NCBI GenBank assembly: GCA_043228905.1
Contig: JBHGNT010000004.1
Span: 14,260,001-14,324,000 of the forward strand
Length of the DNA stretch: 64,000 nt
From: Azolla caroliniana
Lineage: Eukaryota > Plantae > Polypodiophyta
Direction: 5' to 3'
The notes under the pieces were generated by a model that was given only the letters and a program-made list of their open reading frames with translations, was not told the DNA's origin and made no database searches. Position numbers and translations under genes: made by a program. Shown one piece after another: positions 48,383 to 60,500 of the stretch; position 1 is the stretch's first letter, and each line of letters begins with the position of its first letter.

Positions 48383-48942
48383 TGTTACCGGCCGGCAAGG
48401 AGTCCAAAATACGGAGTGAAGGAATTAATTAAGTATGGTTGTAAATAAGCATAGTGTGGACGGACGGACTGGAAACGGTATGCTGTTCCGGATCTGGACC
48501 GATCCCGAACAGGTGCGGATGGCACCATTTTGTAATACAGACCGGAAACCTATTTAAAGGCCCGGAATGTGGTTGTAATTAAGCTATGAGTGTGGACGGA
48601 CGGACCGGAATCAGTATGCCGTTCCGGATCTGGACCGATCCCGAACAGGTGTGGATGGCACCATTTTGTAATACAGACCGGAAACCTATTTAAAGGCCCG
48701 GATACAATGTAATGAATAACGGTTAATTAATAAAAGCTTAGCGTTGTTATCTATCTGTGTTAATTGCCGTTCTGTCTTAATTGTTATATCTTACGCGTGT
48801 GATTATGAAACACGATCATGCTAAGTAACTTGATTAAGTCGGATTAAGCGTTGAGTCTAATCCGGTTGCCGTAACACCCTTTGGTGAAGTGTCTTCCGTA
48901 GACATCCTGTGTTAGGCCATTGTCCGGCCCTGAGAGTTAACA
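48383..48942 (+). repeat. Chimeric 3' LTR of A2 with an internal ~135-bp duplication
   Basis: First ~100 bp match the A4-type LTR and the remainder is A2-type; block ~48430-48565 recurs at ~48566-48700. Confidence 0.85.
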
Positions 48943-49230
48943 CTTGATGTTAACAAGGGAGATCAACCCTTTTTATACATATAGTGATGCATGATAAGCA
49001 TGCTCATGCCATGTCATACATACTATAATATTAAGCATATTGATTCTTGCATGCCAAGTCTTACATACCGAGTCTTACATACTAAGTCTTACATACTCAG
49101 TCTTACATACCACTCTTTATACAAAGGTTTAAATTCTAAAGTCTTTCTAGGAGAAATATATATATACAAGGACCTAAGGCTTGAATTCGACTCGATGTTC
49201 ATGACATTATCCTCCCCTTAAGCGCCGACT

Positions 49231-52200
49231 TCAAGAAGGTGCAGGTTTGTGAGGATATCGGAGATGAAAATCATGAACCACATCTAGGGCATTGAGTAAT
49301 TTTTTTGTAGGCTCCCATGTGGCCTCAAAAATGGGATATCCTTTCCACAAGACCAGATACTAGAGATTTCTTCGACTCTTGCGCGAGTCTAGAATGGTCT
49401 CGACTTCATACTCATCCTCGGTTGCCAATGCCACAAGGGGTGGCGGCTCGATGCTTCTTCCTGGAATTGAGGATGGATGATAGAGTTCAAGAAGAGATGC
49501 ATGGAAGACATTGTGAATTCAGTAGTGTGATGGAAGAGCAAGACGGAAAGCTATAGGGTTGACTTTGTCATCAATTTGGAATGGACCCAATTTTTTGTAA
49601 TCAAGTTTGTTGCATGGACGAGTAGTCGGATTATGCCGTTGTAATAGCCATACCATGTCACCGACTTTAAAACTAGGTGCATCCCCCCGAGTCGATCAAC
49701 CTTCTCTTTGTGTCATTCCTGAGCAATGGAGAGTTTGAGGGATAGGTCATGGCGCACTTCTTTCATCAGACGATCTCGTTCTTCAGCAGATGGATTCACA
49801 GAACCAACAAGGATAGCTATGTTAAAGCGTGGATGGAACCCATAGTTTGCAAAGAAGGGTGTTACGCTAGTTGATGTGTGGAGAGTATTGTTGTAGGCGA
49901 ATTCGGCCATTGGAAGAAATTTGATCCAATCATCTTGTTGATAACTTATCATATATCGGAGAAATTGCTCTAGAATCTTATTCACTCGTTCCATTTGTCC
50001 CTCTGTCTCAGGATGGAAAGCTGTCAAAATTTTTGTAGAAGTTCCAAGTGTCTGGAAGAGGCGTTTCCAGAAATGAGACATAAATTGGGACCGCGATCAA
50101 AGATAATGTCATCTGGTAAACCGTGCCTGCGCACAATATTTGTTAATAATAGATCTGTTGTTTCCATCCCTAAAATTGCCTTAGAACATGGAATAAAGTT
50201 TTCCATCTTTGTGAATCTGTCAACCACCACTAATATTGAATTGAATCCATCAATGTCTGGAAGGTCAGTGATAAAGTCTGTCGAGATGGAGGCCCATGGC
50301 CTATTTGGATTTGGCAAAGGTTGAAGTAGGCCATAGGGACGATAATGTACTACTTTGGCACGGGCACATGTATCACATGTTTTCACGAATTCTTTAACAA
50401 GTTTCCAAGGTTGTGGCCACCAATAACTTCTAGATATTAACTCCAAAGTTTTTGCAACACCAAAATGTCCAACTAGGGCATCATCATGGCATTCCTTCAC
50501 GATACGGAGACGACAAGGACCATCTGGGACATACATTAAGTTGTATCGGAAAAGAAAACCATCCCGAAACATAAATTGGTTATGATTATTCCGTACCTCG
50601 CCTTTGGATGAGTTGTTGAGATTCTCCCTAATCTCTTGTGCAAATTTGTCAGTGGCAGTATTTGTGGCTATGGCATTGAGTAATGATTCATCCACGGCCA
50701 TATAAGTTGCACAGAGTTGAAATTGATGTGGCTGTAGGAGACAATGTGATTGTTGATTGTAGGTTGCATCCCTTGACCGAATTTCGAATTCCGAACGTTG
50801 AGATAGCGCATTGACTTTACCATGTTGGGCACCAAGATGAAAAACAATTTCAAAGTCATAATCGGCCAGGAAGGTCGACCATGGCGCTTGCCTTCGATTC
50901 AAAATGCGAGTAGTGGTGAAGTAGACAAGGTTCTTGTGATTGGTCACCACCTGGATACGGTGTTGGGTGCCCGCCAAGTAAGGACGCCATTCTTCAAAGG
51001 TGGCAATAATGGCAGAGAGTTCTTTGTCGTAAATTGGGTAGTTGATCTCGAGGGGTGTGAACTTCCTGGAATAAAAGGCAACAGGATGAAGGAACTCGTT
51101 TTTATCTGATTGAGAGAGAATGGCACTAATGGCGAAGTCAGAGGCATTAGTTTCGACTGTAAATGGTTTGGTCAGATCTGGATGAAAAAGAATCGGAGCC
51201 GAGGTAAAAGCTTCTCGAATGCCAGTTGGGTTGTTGGAGTCCATCAAAAAGGGGAATCCTTCCGAGTGACTGCTATAAGTGGTTGCGCTAGTGTAGAGAA
51301 TCCTTGGATGAATCGATGATAGAAGTTGGCAAAACCCAAAAATGATTGCACATCCTTGACCTTGGTGGGGACTTCCCACTCTTGAACTGTTGCGACTTTC
51401 TTCTTTTCCATAGTGAGACCATAAGATGAAATGGCATACCCAAGGAATTCAACTGAGGTTCGATCAAATTCACACTTCTCGGGTTTCGCATAAAGTCCAT
51501 GTTCCTGAAGTTTGGACAAGATAAGTCAGACGTGCTTGGTGTGCTCTATGTAGTCCTATGAGAAGATAAGTATGTCATCGAGATAGATGACCACAAATTG
51601 GTCCAGATATTCTCGGAAGATGTCATTCATCATATGTTAAAAAACAGCAGGAGCATTTGTGAGACCAAATGGCATTACCAAGTATTCAAAATGCCCGTAC
51701 CTAGTTCGAAATGCCGTTTTCCAGTCATCTCCAGGCTTGATACGTACCAAGTTGTAGGCGCCTCTGAGATCAATTTTGGAGAATATACACCCAGCCCGAA
51801 GTCGGTTGAGGAGCTCGGGGATTAGAGGTAGTGGATAGTGATTTCGAACAATGACTTGATTGAGCCCGCGATAGTTGATACATAAGCATAGAGTTCCATC
51901 TTTCTTTTTGACAAAGAGAATAGGAGAGCTAGCTGGAGATTTTGAGTGGCGAATGAATCCCTTTGCGAGATTCTCTTCAATGTATATTTTGAGGGACTTG
52001 AGTTCAGGTTCAGTTAACCCATAGATAGGGCCGAAAGGAGGACAAGCACTCTCTTTCAAGTCAATTGGACAATCTTATGGACGATGTTCAAGTAGGCGAT
52101 CAACATTTTTCTTCTCAAATACATCAGACAAATCATTGTATTTTGATGGAAAAGAGCTACTACATAGGGGAGTGTCTAGAGTAGACATGATTGCCATGTC

Positions 52201-54061
52201 CTTAGAATTAGAAATGGATGTAATTAACATTGTATCACTTACAGTGGAATCTGTTTCCGAGGCTAACGCGGTTGGAACTATCGATGTTGTTTCTATTAGA
52301 GCAATCGTTGACATGGTTCTTGTTGAAGAGGAAATGGGAGTGACCACTAATGTGGTCCTCAACAGAGCAGAAATGGGAGTTGCCCTCGAATCATGAGTGG
52401 GAGTAATTGTTGACGTGGTCCTCACCGGAGCGGAGACGAGAATCGGAGCAACCATTGATGTGGTCCTCACTGGAGCAGAAAATGGGAGTTGTTCCCGAAA
52501 CATGAGTGGGAGAAACCATTGATACGGTCCTCACCAAAGCGGAGACTGGAATCCAAGCAACCATTGATGTGGTCCTCACTAGAGCAGAAACGGTAGTTGT
52601 CCCCAAAACATGAGTGGGAGCAACCGTTGACACGGTCCTCACCGGAGTAGGCGGCCAAACAAATGGCGGAGCATTAGCTCGAAGAAGAGTGGAAGTAATC
52701 CCTTGTGGGCGAGAATTCAAGGTGAAGTTGATGGAGTGAGATCGCCAATCCACGATTGGATTGTGAGTCTCGAGCCATGATAACCCCAAGATGATAGGAT
52801 GTTGAGGTGATGTGATGAGGTTAAAAATGATTTCTTCCTGGTGAGCTCCTATGTGGAGACTCAAGGGAATTGTTGTATCTGTGATTGCACTTCAACTGGA
52901 ATCGGGATGGTTATTTTGTTTCTGGGAATGTTGTGTGTCCGTGTAAACATGATGTCAATAAAGCACGACGTAGCCCCAGAATCCAACAAAGCTTTTGTCT
53001 TTAGAGTGTTGGAGACAAACTGAAGAGTGTCGGAAGTGTGAAGCTTGTTGTCGAAGAAGTCAGTTGATTGGAACCTTGACACAATTGTCAACTCTTATGG
53101 TCCAGATGCACGACCCCTACTGCAACTGGACATTGGAGTTTTCCTGTTGGCAGAAAATGTTAACCCCATCCACACGATGTGGTGTTTGATGGGGTCCCCT
53201 CTTTGGGCAAGAACGGATCAAATGACCAGGGCCGCCACAATAGAAACATAAATTGTTAGCTCGTCAATGTTGTCGTTACACGTTAGTCAGTGGTCGATAG
53301 CGAATTTGATCGATCTCCATTGGGGAGCTAGAATCTATGGTGGGAGTTGACGATAAAGATGAAGCGGTTGGCCAAGGTGGATGGATCCGAGGAGGACATA
53401 CCTCTTGCCGAAACTCAAAGAGACGGTTATCGCAGCGCACAGCTTGGGAAATAGCCTCATTCAAAGATGTGGGCTCAGGAAAGTTAAGCAAAAGATTTTT
53501 TATCTCACCTCGTAATCCTCGATAGAATTGATCAAGGAGGGCTTGTTCATCCCATTCCACATCGCACGCGAGCTGACAAAATTTAGATGCATAGATTGAT
53601 GTCGCACGTTCTCCTTGTTGTAACACGTATAGTTTGTTGAGCGTGGATCGTCGTTTGTCAATCTCCCCGAAAGTTGCCTCAAATTCGGTAAGAAATGCTT
53701 GGAAGTCATTCAAGAGAGGCGAAGAAGTCTCTACTAGAGGGGCAAACCAAGCTTGCGCTTGTCCTGTCAGCAACGTGTCGATCAACCCAACTTGTCGAAA
53801 GTCATCAGAATATTGTCGGGGCTGAAGACGAATAATAAGGCGGATTTGGTTGATGAAGCCTCTTAATCGTGACCTTGTTCCATCGAATTTTTCTAGCAAG
53901 CTGACATTAGGTTCTACAGTAGAAGGGTCAATAATCAGGTGAGGTATAACCGTCATTGTTGCCTGAAGTTCTTGAACAGATTTTCGTAAGCTCACATTCT
54001 CATGTTGGAGTTGATGCAGCACCGCCAAAATTTGCTCAAGGTTACTAGATGATTCTGACAT
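49231..54061 (-). pseudogene. gag-pol of the Tcn1-like chromovirus with a C-terminal chromodomain
   Basis: [52 protein letters not shown]; EYEVETILDSR..YLVLWKGY..TWEP at about 49230-49420. Confidence 0.92.
52300..52650 (-). repeat. Degenerate coding tandem repeats (VRTTSMVAP.. units) between protease and RT
   Basis: Recurrent GTGGTCCTCAC/ACGGTCCTCAC and CATGAGTGGGAG at roughly 50-60 bp spacing. Confidence 0.75.
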
Positions 54062-54107
54062 GATAGTGTATTGAGAAAGAAGACAAAAAGAAGGAAGAAG
54101 ATCCATC

Positions 54108-54470
54108 TGTCATGGATGAACAATTGGAAGACAAAGAGATGGGTAAGTTGATGAGATAGAGAGATGGATAAGTTGATGACAATGAGTATGAATATTTATT
54201 CCGTAACTGGTGTTGATCTCCTTGATGTTAACAAGGGAGATCAACCCTTTTTATACAAATAGTGATGCATGATAAGCATGCTCATGCCAAGTCATACATA
54301 CTATAATATTAAGCATATTGATTCTTGCATGCCAAGTCTTACATAATGAGTCTTACATACTAAGTCTTACATACCACTCTTTATACAAAGGTTTAAAGTC
54401 TAAAGTCTTTCTAGGAGAAATATATATATACAAGGACCTAAGGCTTGAATTCGACTCGATGTTCATGACA
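54108..54470 (-). repeat. 5' LTR of the Tcn1-like element
   Basis: TGTCATG...CATGACA; matches 21714-21831 + 48948-49206. Confidence 0.93.
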
Positions 54471-54606
54471 GTCGATGCCAACCAAGAAGAAATCGGCTGC
54501 GTCAAGTCCCAGACAGAAGCATCATTCGACATGATGGATCTAGGAGACCTTCATACTTCCTCGAGATCTTATTAATCCACACCCCCGAAGGCATACTAAT
54601 CAGCCA
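54471..54606 (+). pseudogene. copia C1 RT continuation
   Basis: ANQEEIGCVKSQTEASFDMMDLGDLH...HTPEGILIS follows YVDDLVIA at 21713. Confidence 0.85.
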
Positions 54607-55167
54607 CTCTAAGATAAATATTCTATCCCATTATTTTTTAACTAAAAAAAATGTTGTTGCTAACGATCAAAAAGAGGAAGAATAAGTATGGCTATATAAT
54701 TTTTTAAGGCATATATCGGCACGTGTAATCAAGCTATTTCACGTCTTTTAAGGCATTTTTTAGATTCTAATGATTTTGGTAGAAGGTTTCTCTCACATAA
54801 TCAAATATCGTAAATAGAAAGTACATAATTAAATATCATAACCAAAAAGTGAAGAATAAAGAATGCATCGAGCACATCTACTCTTACATTGGATAATGTT
54901 TATATACTAGTGCATTGACCAAACAAGTTTTTTGCGACAAACCACAATGAAGATACTAATTGAGGATCTCGAATGTGCCTTTAGACACAACACAAAGACA
55001 AACAAGAAGCATGACTCATAAGCTCGATGACGTTGGATTGCAAATGGATGAAGACAATGCATTAGTTGTCATTGATGATGAGGATGAGACCTCCTAAACT
55101 CTTACTAGTTCATCTAATGGGTATGAAGATGATGGCATAAACTTGGAAAATGATTGTCCTGATACAT

Positions 55168-55898
55168 TGTCATGTAACTACGTGTGTGTGTGCAAAGCAA
55201 GGCAGGATCACTGGGGCCTCGTACCGAAGAGTTCAAGAAGAAGAAGAAGAATAAGATAGACAGAGGGTGCGTAGGGCGTTAGGTGTCGGGATGCACAGGG
55301 CACAACCGGCTTGGCCGGTATCGGAGTAACACGCTAGGTGATCAACGAGAAACACATACAACATTTTGATTAGAAGATGGAGAAGTTACAACCGGCTTGG
55401 CCGGCAGTCGAGTTACGATCTCCGCGAGCACCCACGCACACCAATCACCGAAGTACAATGTGGAGCCTTTGTTGGGAGCACACGGGCTTCCTACGCGAGC
55501 AGAGGCGTCCGACCTAAGAGGAAACAAAATGAAAAATGCAGAGAATACAGAGACTAGGCGCTCGGTTCCCAATCTGACAATACTTCCTTCTCGCTAAACG
55601 CGCTATCCCTAACACATTCCTCTCTACCTCCTTTTATAGACCAAGGAGGGAGAGGACTGTTACTTCAAGTAGTTAAGTTGCCGCTTCCGACCGAGATTCT
55701 CCTCGATCTCCTCGCGTCACTCTCATATCCTGCTAAATCCTGGCGAACACTAGAAGTACCTGCTAAATCCTAGTTCCTAGCGCTTGTTAGTCCTATGTTA
55801 TTTACAAGTACACAATTTATTTTCGCGCGCATCCGTGCACCCGCCCGTTCACGCCTCTCCGGTCCCTTTTCTCCTTATGGCCAGAATTCCCCACAACA
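55168..55898 (-). mobile_element. Family-B-related solo LTR, TSD ACAT/ACGT
   Basis: TGTCATG...CACAACA; shares AAGGCAGGA.CACTGGGG, GCTCGGT.CC and CTTTTATAG..CAAGGAGGGAG with 16590-17274. Confidence 0.8.
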
Positions 55899-56309
55899 AC
55901 GTTAACTGTAAATGTTGTATTGTACATCAAAACTTGGATTCATGAATTTCTATAAATATTGGTGTTAGTCATTTTGGACATTCATTTGTAAGTTTGGCAT
56001 GTCCATTATTTAGGCATTTTTTTGAGCACCTAAATTTTCGTACATGCTAAAAATCAATATATTTTTGGGTCATTTTTAAAAATCCTTTATGGATGCGGCA
56101 CCCCTTTTTGTGAATCACCCTAATTTGTATCATTTTTTGATGGAACATTCTCAAAATGTGACATATTACCTGTTTCAAATGTCCCGGTGTTAAGGTGAGA
56201 ACCCGAAAATATGTTGACCTACCGTCAGGATTGATTCCCGAAGAAGATATAAAAGGTTTCGTCGCATTGTTGTGTTGCAGAAGCAGACTAGTTGGGACAA
56301 GAAAAGGGT

Positions 56310-56432
56310 CTAGTTCTCGATGTTCGAGAAGGGCGGTAATGCTAAAATACAAGCTCTTTTTATGGCAACCGCCATTGAATGTTGTTGTTTAGAAGTCAAC
56401 CTATTTATCCCCCTGGATAGAATCTTTCCTTG
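56310..56432 (-). pseudogene. rps18: Plastid ribosomal protein S18 3' fragment (NUPT)
   Basis: [39 protein letters not shown]. Confidence 0.85.
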
Positions 56433-56545
56433 TTTGCCCGATCACTTATATGTTATGAATTCAAGAGAAAATCTCCAATGTATTGTCGAACAATATGTCA
56501 CAACATTTTTAATACTGACCGAGTAAATCGTTGATTGGATCTAAT

Positions 56546-56686
56546 CCATCAGTGAAATACCACCTTGGAAGGGCTAGGATTCTAACCTTGCGCCGATAGT
56601 TACAGGCCAAGGAACAATCCCGAGTAGACAGTTTCTATGGAGCGTAGGCCTCCTAAAGGGTAACAGAGGCGTGCAAAGGTTTCCTC
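56546..56686 (+). rRNA. rrn23: Plastid 23S rRNA fragment (NUPT, non-functional)
   Basis: CAGTGAAATACCAC...GTAGACAGTTTCTATGG.GCGTAGGCCTCC...GAGGCGTGCAAAGGTTTCCTC. Confidence 0.88.
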
Positions 56687-56787
56687 AAGTGTTTTGTAGT
56701 TCAAAAGAACTCAATTCTCAGACAAATTGTGAATCATTCCACCGTACGTAATTCCATTCTCTCGTGCCGTTGCATTGATCCGAGCAA

Positions 56788-56928
56788 TCCTTGATCGTGA
56801 CACGTATAACTATCACTGTGAATCATAAATAAGATATCTACAGAAGTAACTGGTATTGACATAATGAGCATGAGTGGATCTACCCAAAAACCTATCTTCG
56901 GAGGAATATCATTTCTATGGATCCAGGG
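56788..56928 (-). pseudogene. ndhF: Plastid ndhF fragment (NUPT) with unedited codons
   Basis: PWIHRNDIPPKIGFWVDPLMLIMSIPVTSVDILFMIHSDSYTCHDQG versus NdhF-type DPLTSIMLILITTVGI..IYSDNYMSHDQG. Confidence 0.8.
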
Positions 56929-56944
56929 CTGGATCACCTCCTTT
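56927..56944 (+). rRNA. rrn16: 3' end of plastid 16S rRNA, followed by the 16S-trnI spacer (NUPT)
   Basis: GGCTGGATCACCTCCTTT then TCAGG.AGAG.TAATGC. Confidence 0.85.
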
Positions 56945-57194
56945 TCAGGAAGAGATAATGCTTTTTGGCACTGTGGTCTTATACTCACCATTCCAAGCCT
57001 GGAAACAGGAAAATTCATAATCTAACCGATGGGATTCTATCCCCGCGGTGAGGCAGAACCCAACCCATGAGCCTACTTCCTCAGGTCGCAACAGGCTGAG
57101 AGTATAATTCTATCCCGAGGGATGAATAATGGGGTGGGTTCCCCTACTCCTGTTGTTGCGGCCTCCCCGATAGGGTCGGGGAGGCCCGCGTGAT

Positions 57195-57238
57195 GGGGCA
57201 TTAGCTCAGTTGGTAGAGCACGCCCCTGATAATTGCGT
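57195..57238 (+). tRNA. trnI-GAU: Plastid trnI-GAU 5' exon plus first bases of its group II intron (fragment)
   Basis: GGGGCATTAGCTCAGTTGGTAGAGCACGCCCCTGATAA-TTGCGT downstream of the 16S end. Confidence 0.85.
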
Positions 57239-57532
57239 GACATTATGTGTTGAGTATACTCTTCACGTTCGGTATGACGGAGTGCAAGTCCGTCTCAACT
57301 CCTCTGGATAGGAATGTGGAGTTTTGCCCCGACTTTGGAATGACATGCGACCCGAAATGGTTCTGACAGATAGTCGGAAGCCTTATATACTTGACCATCA
57401 CTTGGCCAGGCCTCCGCTATCCGGTCGGCTGGATTAGTCAATTCATGGTGCATCCAACCGTGGAGCATCTTCAGTGTGCGTAACTAATACTCAGGTATGT
57501 CAGTAGCACTAAGAACAAGGAATTGTTGTATC
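57239..57532 (+). pseudogene. copia C1 RT continuation, cut by C2
   Basis: HYVLSILFTFGMTECKSVSTPL...IVGSLIYLTIT..ILRYV. Confidence 0.85.
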
Positions 57533-60500
57533 TGTTGGGAAATAGATCTCACTGGATGAGAAGAGAGAAGAGCCGAGTTGATGAGGAAATCGCCCGAGGC
57601 CGATAGGTTGAGGTCGAAACCAAAATCGTGTAGACAGCCAACTACATCTGTAAATAGTCAAAAGAAGCCTTTGTGGGCTATACTTGTAAATAGTCTGAAA
57701 GTTGTACTAGTATATAAGAAACTAGGGAAAATCTTATAGTGTGCGTTAGTAATCTTATTGAATAGTTAGAATATGTTAGTTGCCTCTGTACAGAGAGAGA
57801 GAGAGAGAGAGAAGAGAAGCCGCCGGTTGGCGAAGATATAGTGCTCGAGGTCGTTGCCTCTGAGTCCCCTGTTGTACGTCTCGTGGGCTGTGGTAGTTGG
57901 AGATTGTGGGCTCCCATGGTTTTTCCTTATTAGGGTTTTCCACATAAACATCCTGTGTCGTCTCTTCTGTGTAACTGCACAAACCTCCATTTCTATTGCT
58001 CATAAAGTGTTTGAGGCTCGGTTGTGGCCGAGCGTTGTTCCGCACAAACTAGTATCAGAGCGAACAAGAAAATGGAAGAGTCATTCGGAAGGATGTTGAA
58101 GCTCACCAACTCTAACTACCTAGTGTGGAGTCGAAGATGAGGGACATGCTCGTGGTCAAAGATCTCTGGCTGGCTGTACTGTTCGAGGACAAGAAACCAG
58201 ACAAGATTGATTCCACGACATGGGAGGTGATGCAGATGAAGATGATGTCATACATATGGCGCTTCATTGACATGAGTTTGTACAACAAATTCAGTGAAGA
58301 AAGTAAGGCTCATGTGTGCTGGGAGAAAATAGGCACGATGCTAGAGAGCAAAAATGTCGTAAATTGGATTTCAGTATTCTGGAAGTGAGTGAGACTCCGG
58401 TACCAAGACGAATGCAGCATGGCGGAGCACATGAATGCATTCTAGGGGCTCATAAATCAAACAACTTGCCTTGAAGTACCTCTGGCCGACGAGGTACTTG
58501 CATTGCTCCTGCTCGGTTCCCTCTTAGATAGTTGGGGGACGCTAGTTGTCACTTTCGGCAACGCCGTGCAGAAAGGAAAGTAGTTGTCCCTAGAAAGGGA
58601 AAAATCAAGCTTGCTATATGAAGGAGCTCGCTGGAAGGATCGGGAATCTAGAACCGACCTGAAGGCTTGGTTACAAAAGATGACCAAAACCAGGGAAGAG
58701 GCCGAAATCGGAGTCCCCGAAACCAGGACAAATCGGGGATGAGATCAAAGTCAAGGGGGAGGCCTACTTGCTTCTATTGTGGGAAGCTAGGGCATTTTCA
58801 GAAAAACTGTCGGCATTTCCGGAAAGAGAAAGGGGCCGACACCACCGATTCGAAGAAGAGTTCGGAACGAAATGGTTCGGATCGGAAAGGAACATCACTG
58901 ATCGCGACAAATGAAGAAGAACTATTGCTCATCACCGAGGAGAATGAGTTATACCTTGTCGGTGATAAGAAAACGTGGGTTGTCGATTCTGGAGCATCGT
59001 TCCACCTGACACCAGACCAGAAATGCTTCTTGTCCTATAGAGCCGAAGATCTTGGTTGTGTCCGGATGGGGAATGAAGGGTCATGCTGAATTGTCGACAT
59101 AGGAGAAGTGTGTTTGACGACATCAACCAGATGCAAGTTGCTGCTGAAGGATGTCCGACACGTTCGAGAGGTTCACTTGAACCTGATATCAACCGGTCGG
59201 CTAGATTATGAAGTCTACATGGGTAGCATCTAAAACAGAGTCATGAAATTCAGCAAAGGAAGCCTGATCATGGCTCGAGCCTAGAAGATCAACATGTTGT
59301 ACCTGATGCATGCCCGGATATGTCGGGAAGAAGTGAATGTAGCATCTAACAATGCTGGTGAATTGTGGCACAAGAGACTGTATCATATGAGCCAGAAGGG
59401 GATGAGAAGACTTGTCGAAGATAACGTCATTCCGGAGGTGAAACACGTGCATCTTGAGAAGTGCACCGATTGCTTAGTTGGCAAGCAAAACCAAACCTCC
59501 TTCTGGTCAAGAGCACCGATGAGACAGAATGCACCGTTGGAGTTGGTGCATACCAATGTGTGTCAAGTGGACACGAAGTCACATGCCGGATCGCCGTACT
59601 TCGTGATGTTCATAGACGACCACAACCGGAAGTTGTGGGTCTCACCGTTGAAGACAAAGGATTAGGTGTTGTCCATCTTCAAGGAGCTCCACGCGAGAGT
59701 GGAAAGGGAAACCAATCGGAAGCTAAAGGTGGTTCAAGCAGATAACAGAGGCGAATACCGTGGGCAGTTCGAGGAGTATTGCCGGTCGAAGGGAATTCGG
59801 CTCATATTTACTGTGCCGAAGACATAGGAGCTAAACGGATCGGCCGAGAGAATGAACGTGATTGTAATGGAAAGGGTCCAAAGTATGCTTGCACATGCAA
59901 ACTTACCCAAGACGTTCTGGGCTGAGGTGTTGATGACAACGACCTATGTGATAATTAGATCACCCTTTGCACCCTTGGAAGGAGACTCGCCGCAAAAGGT
60001 ATGGACTGGTAAAGACGTGTCTTACCGGCATTTGAAGGTGTTCGGATGTCTCGCCTATGTGCATGTAGCAAAGGACAAGAGACTGAAACTGGATCCGAAG
60101 TCCCCACCATGCATATTCCTTGGATACGGTGATGATGAGTTTGGATACTAAGTGTGGGATTTGCTCGACAAGGTGTTCCGGAGTCAAGACATAGTCTTCA
60201 TGGAACACAAGACTATTGCCGACTGGGAGTCAGAGAAGAAGATAACGGACTCCGGACTGACCGACAAAAATCAGTTGATAGACACAAGGACTCATCCGGC
60301 CGGAAGTCGGACGACACTCGAAGAACCGGTCGGAGTCAGACAAGAATCCGAACTTACCGAAAAAGAAGTTTTGGACACCGGAACCGGACAAGACCCCGAA
60401 TCGGATTCGGATGAAGAACAAATGGAGGAACTGATAGCCAAGAACCAAGGAAGAATATATCCTCTCAAAGAGGGAAGAGCCCCCTAAAGATTTCCGGATG

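Larger units (their letters stand above)
21832..48942 (+). mobile_element. Family A copy A2, TSD CTTGA; extra ORF deleted, chimeric 3' LTR
   Basis: CTTGA at 21827-21831 and 48943-48947; LTRs 21832-22266 and 48383-48942. Confidence 0.92.
21714..54470 (-). mobile_element. Tcn1-like chromovirus (Ty3/gypsy) inserted in the C1 RT; its 3' LTR is split by A2
   Basis: LTRs 54108-54470 and 21714-21831 + 48948-49206; PPT at 49207-49221; degenerate TSD GCCAG/GTCGA; chromodomain. Confidence 0.9.

Noticed and set aside
54610-56170. Host gene or DNA-transposon remnant in the AT-rich filler
   Set aside because: No recognisable ORF, protein motif or terminal repeat by eye; left unannotated
57195-57238. Functional tRNA-Ile gene or bacterial rRNA operon contamination
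   Set aside because: Only the 5' exon with a plastid-type intron start is present, within fragments embedded in a nuclear copia element
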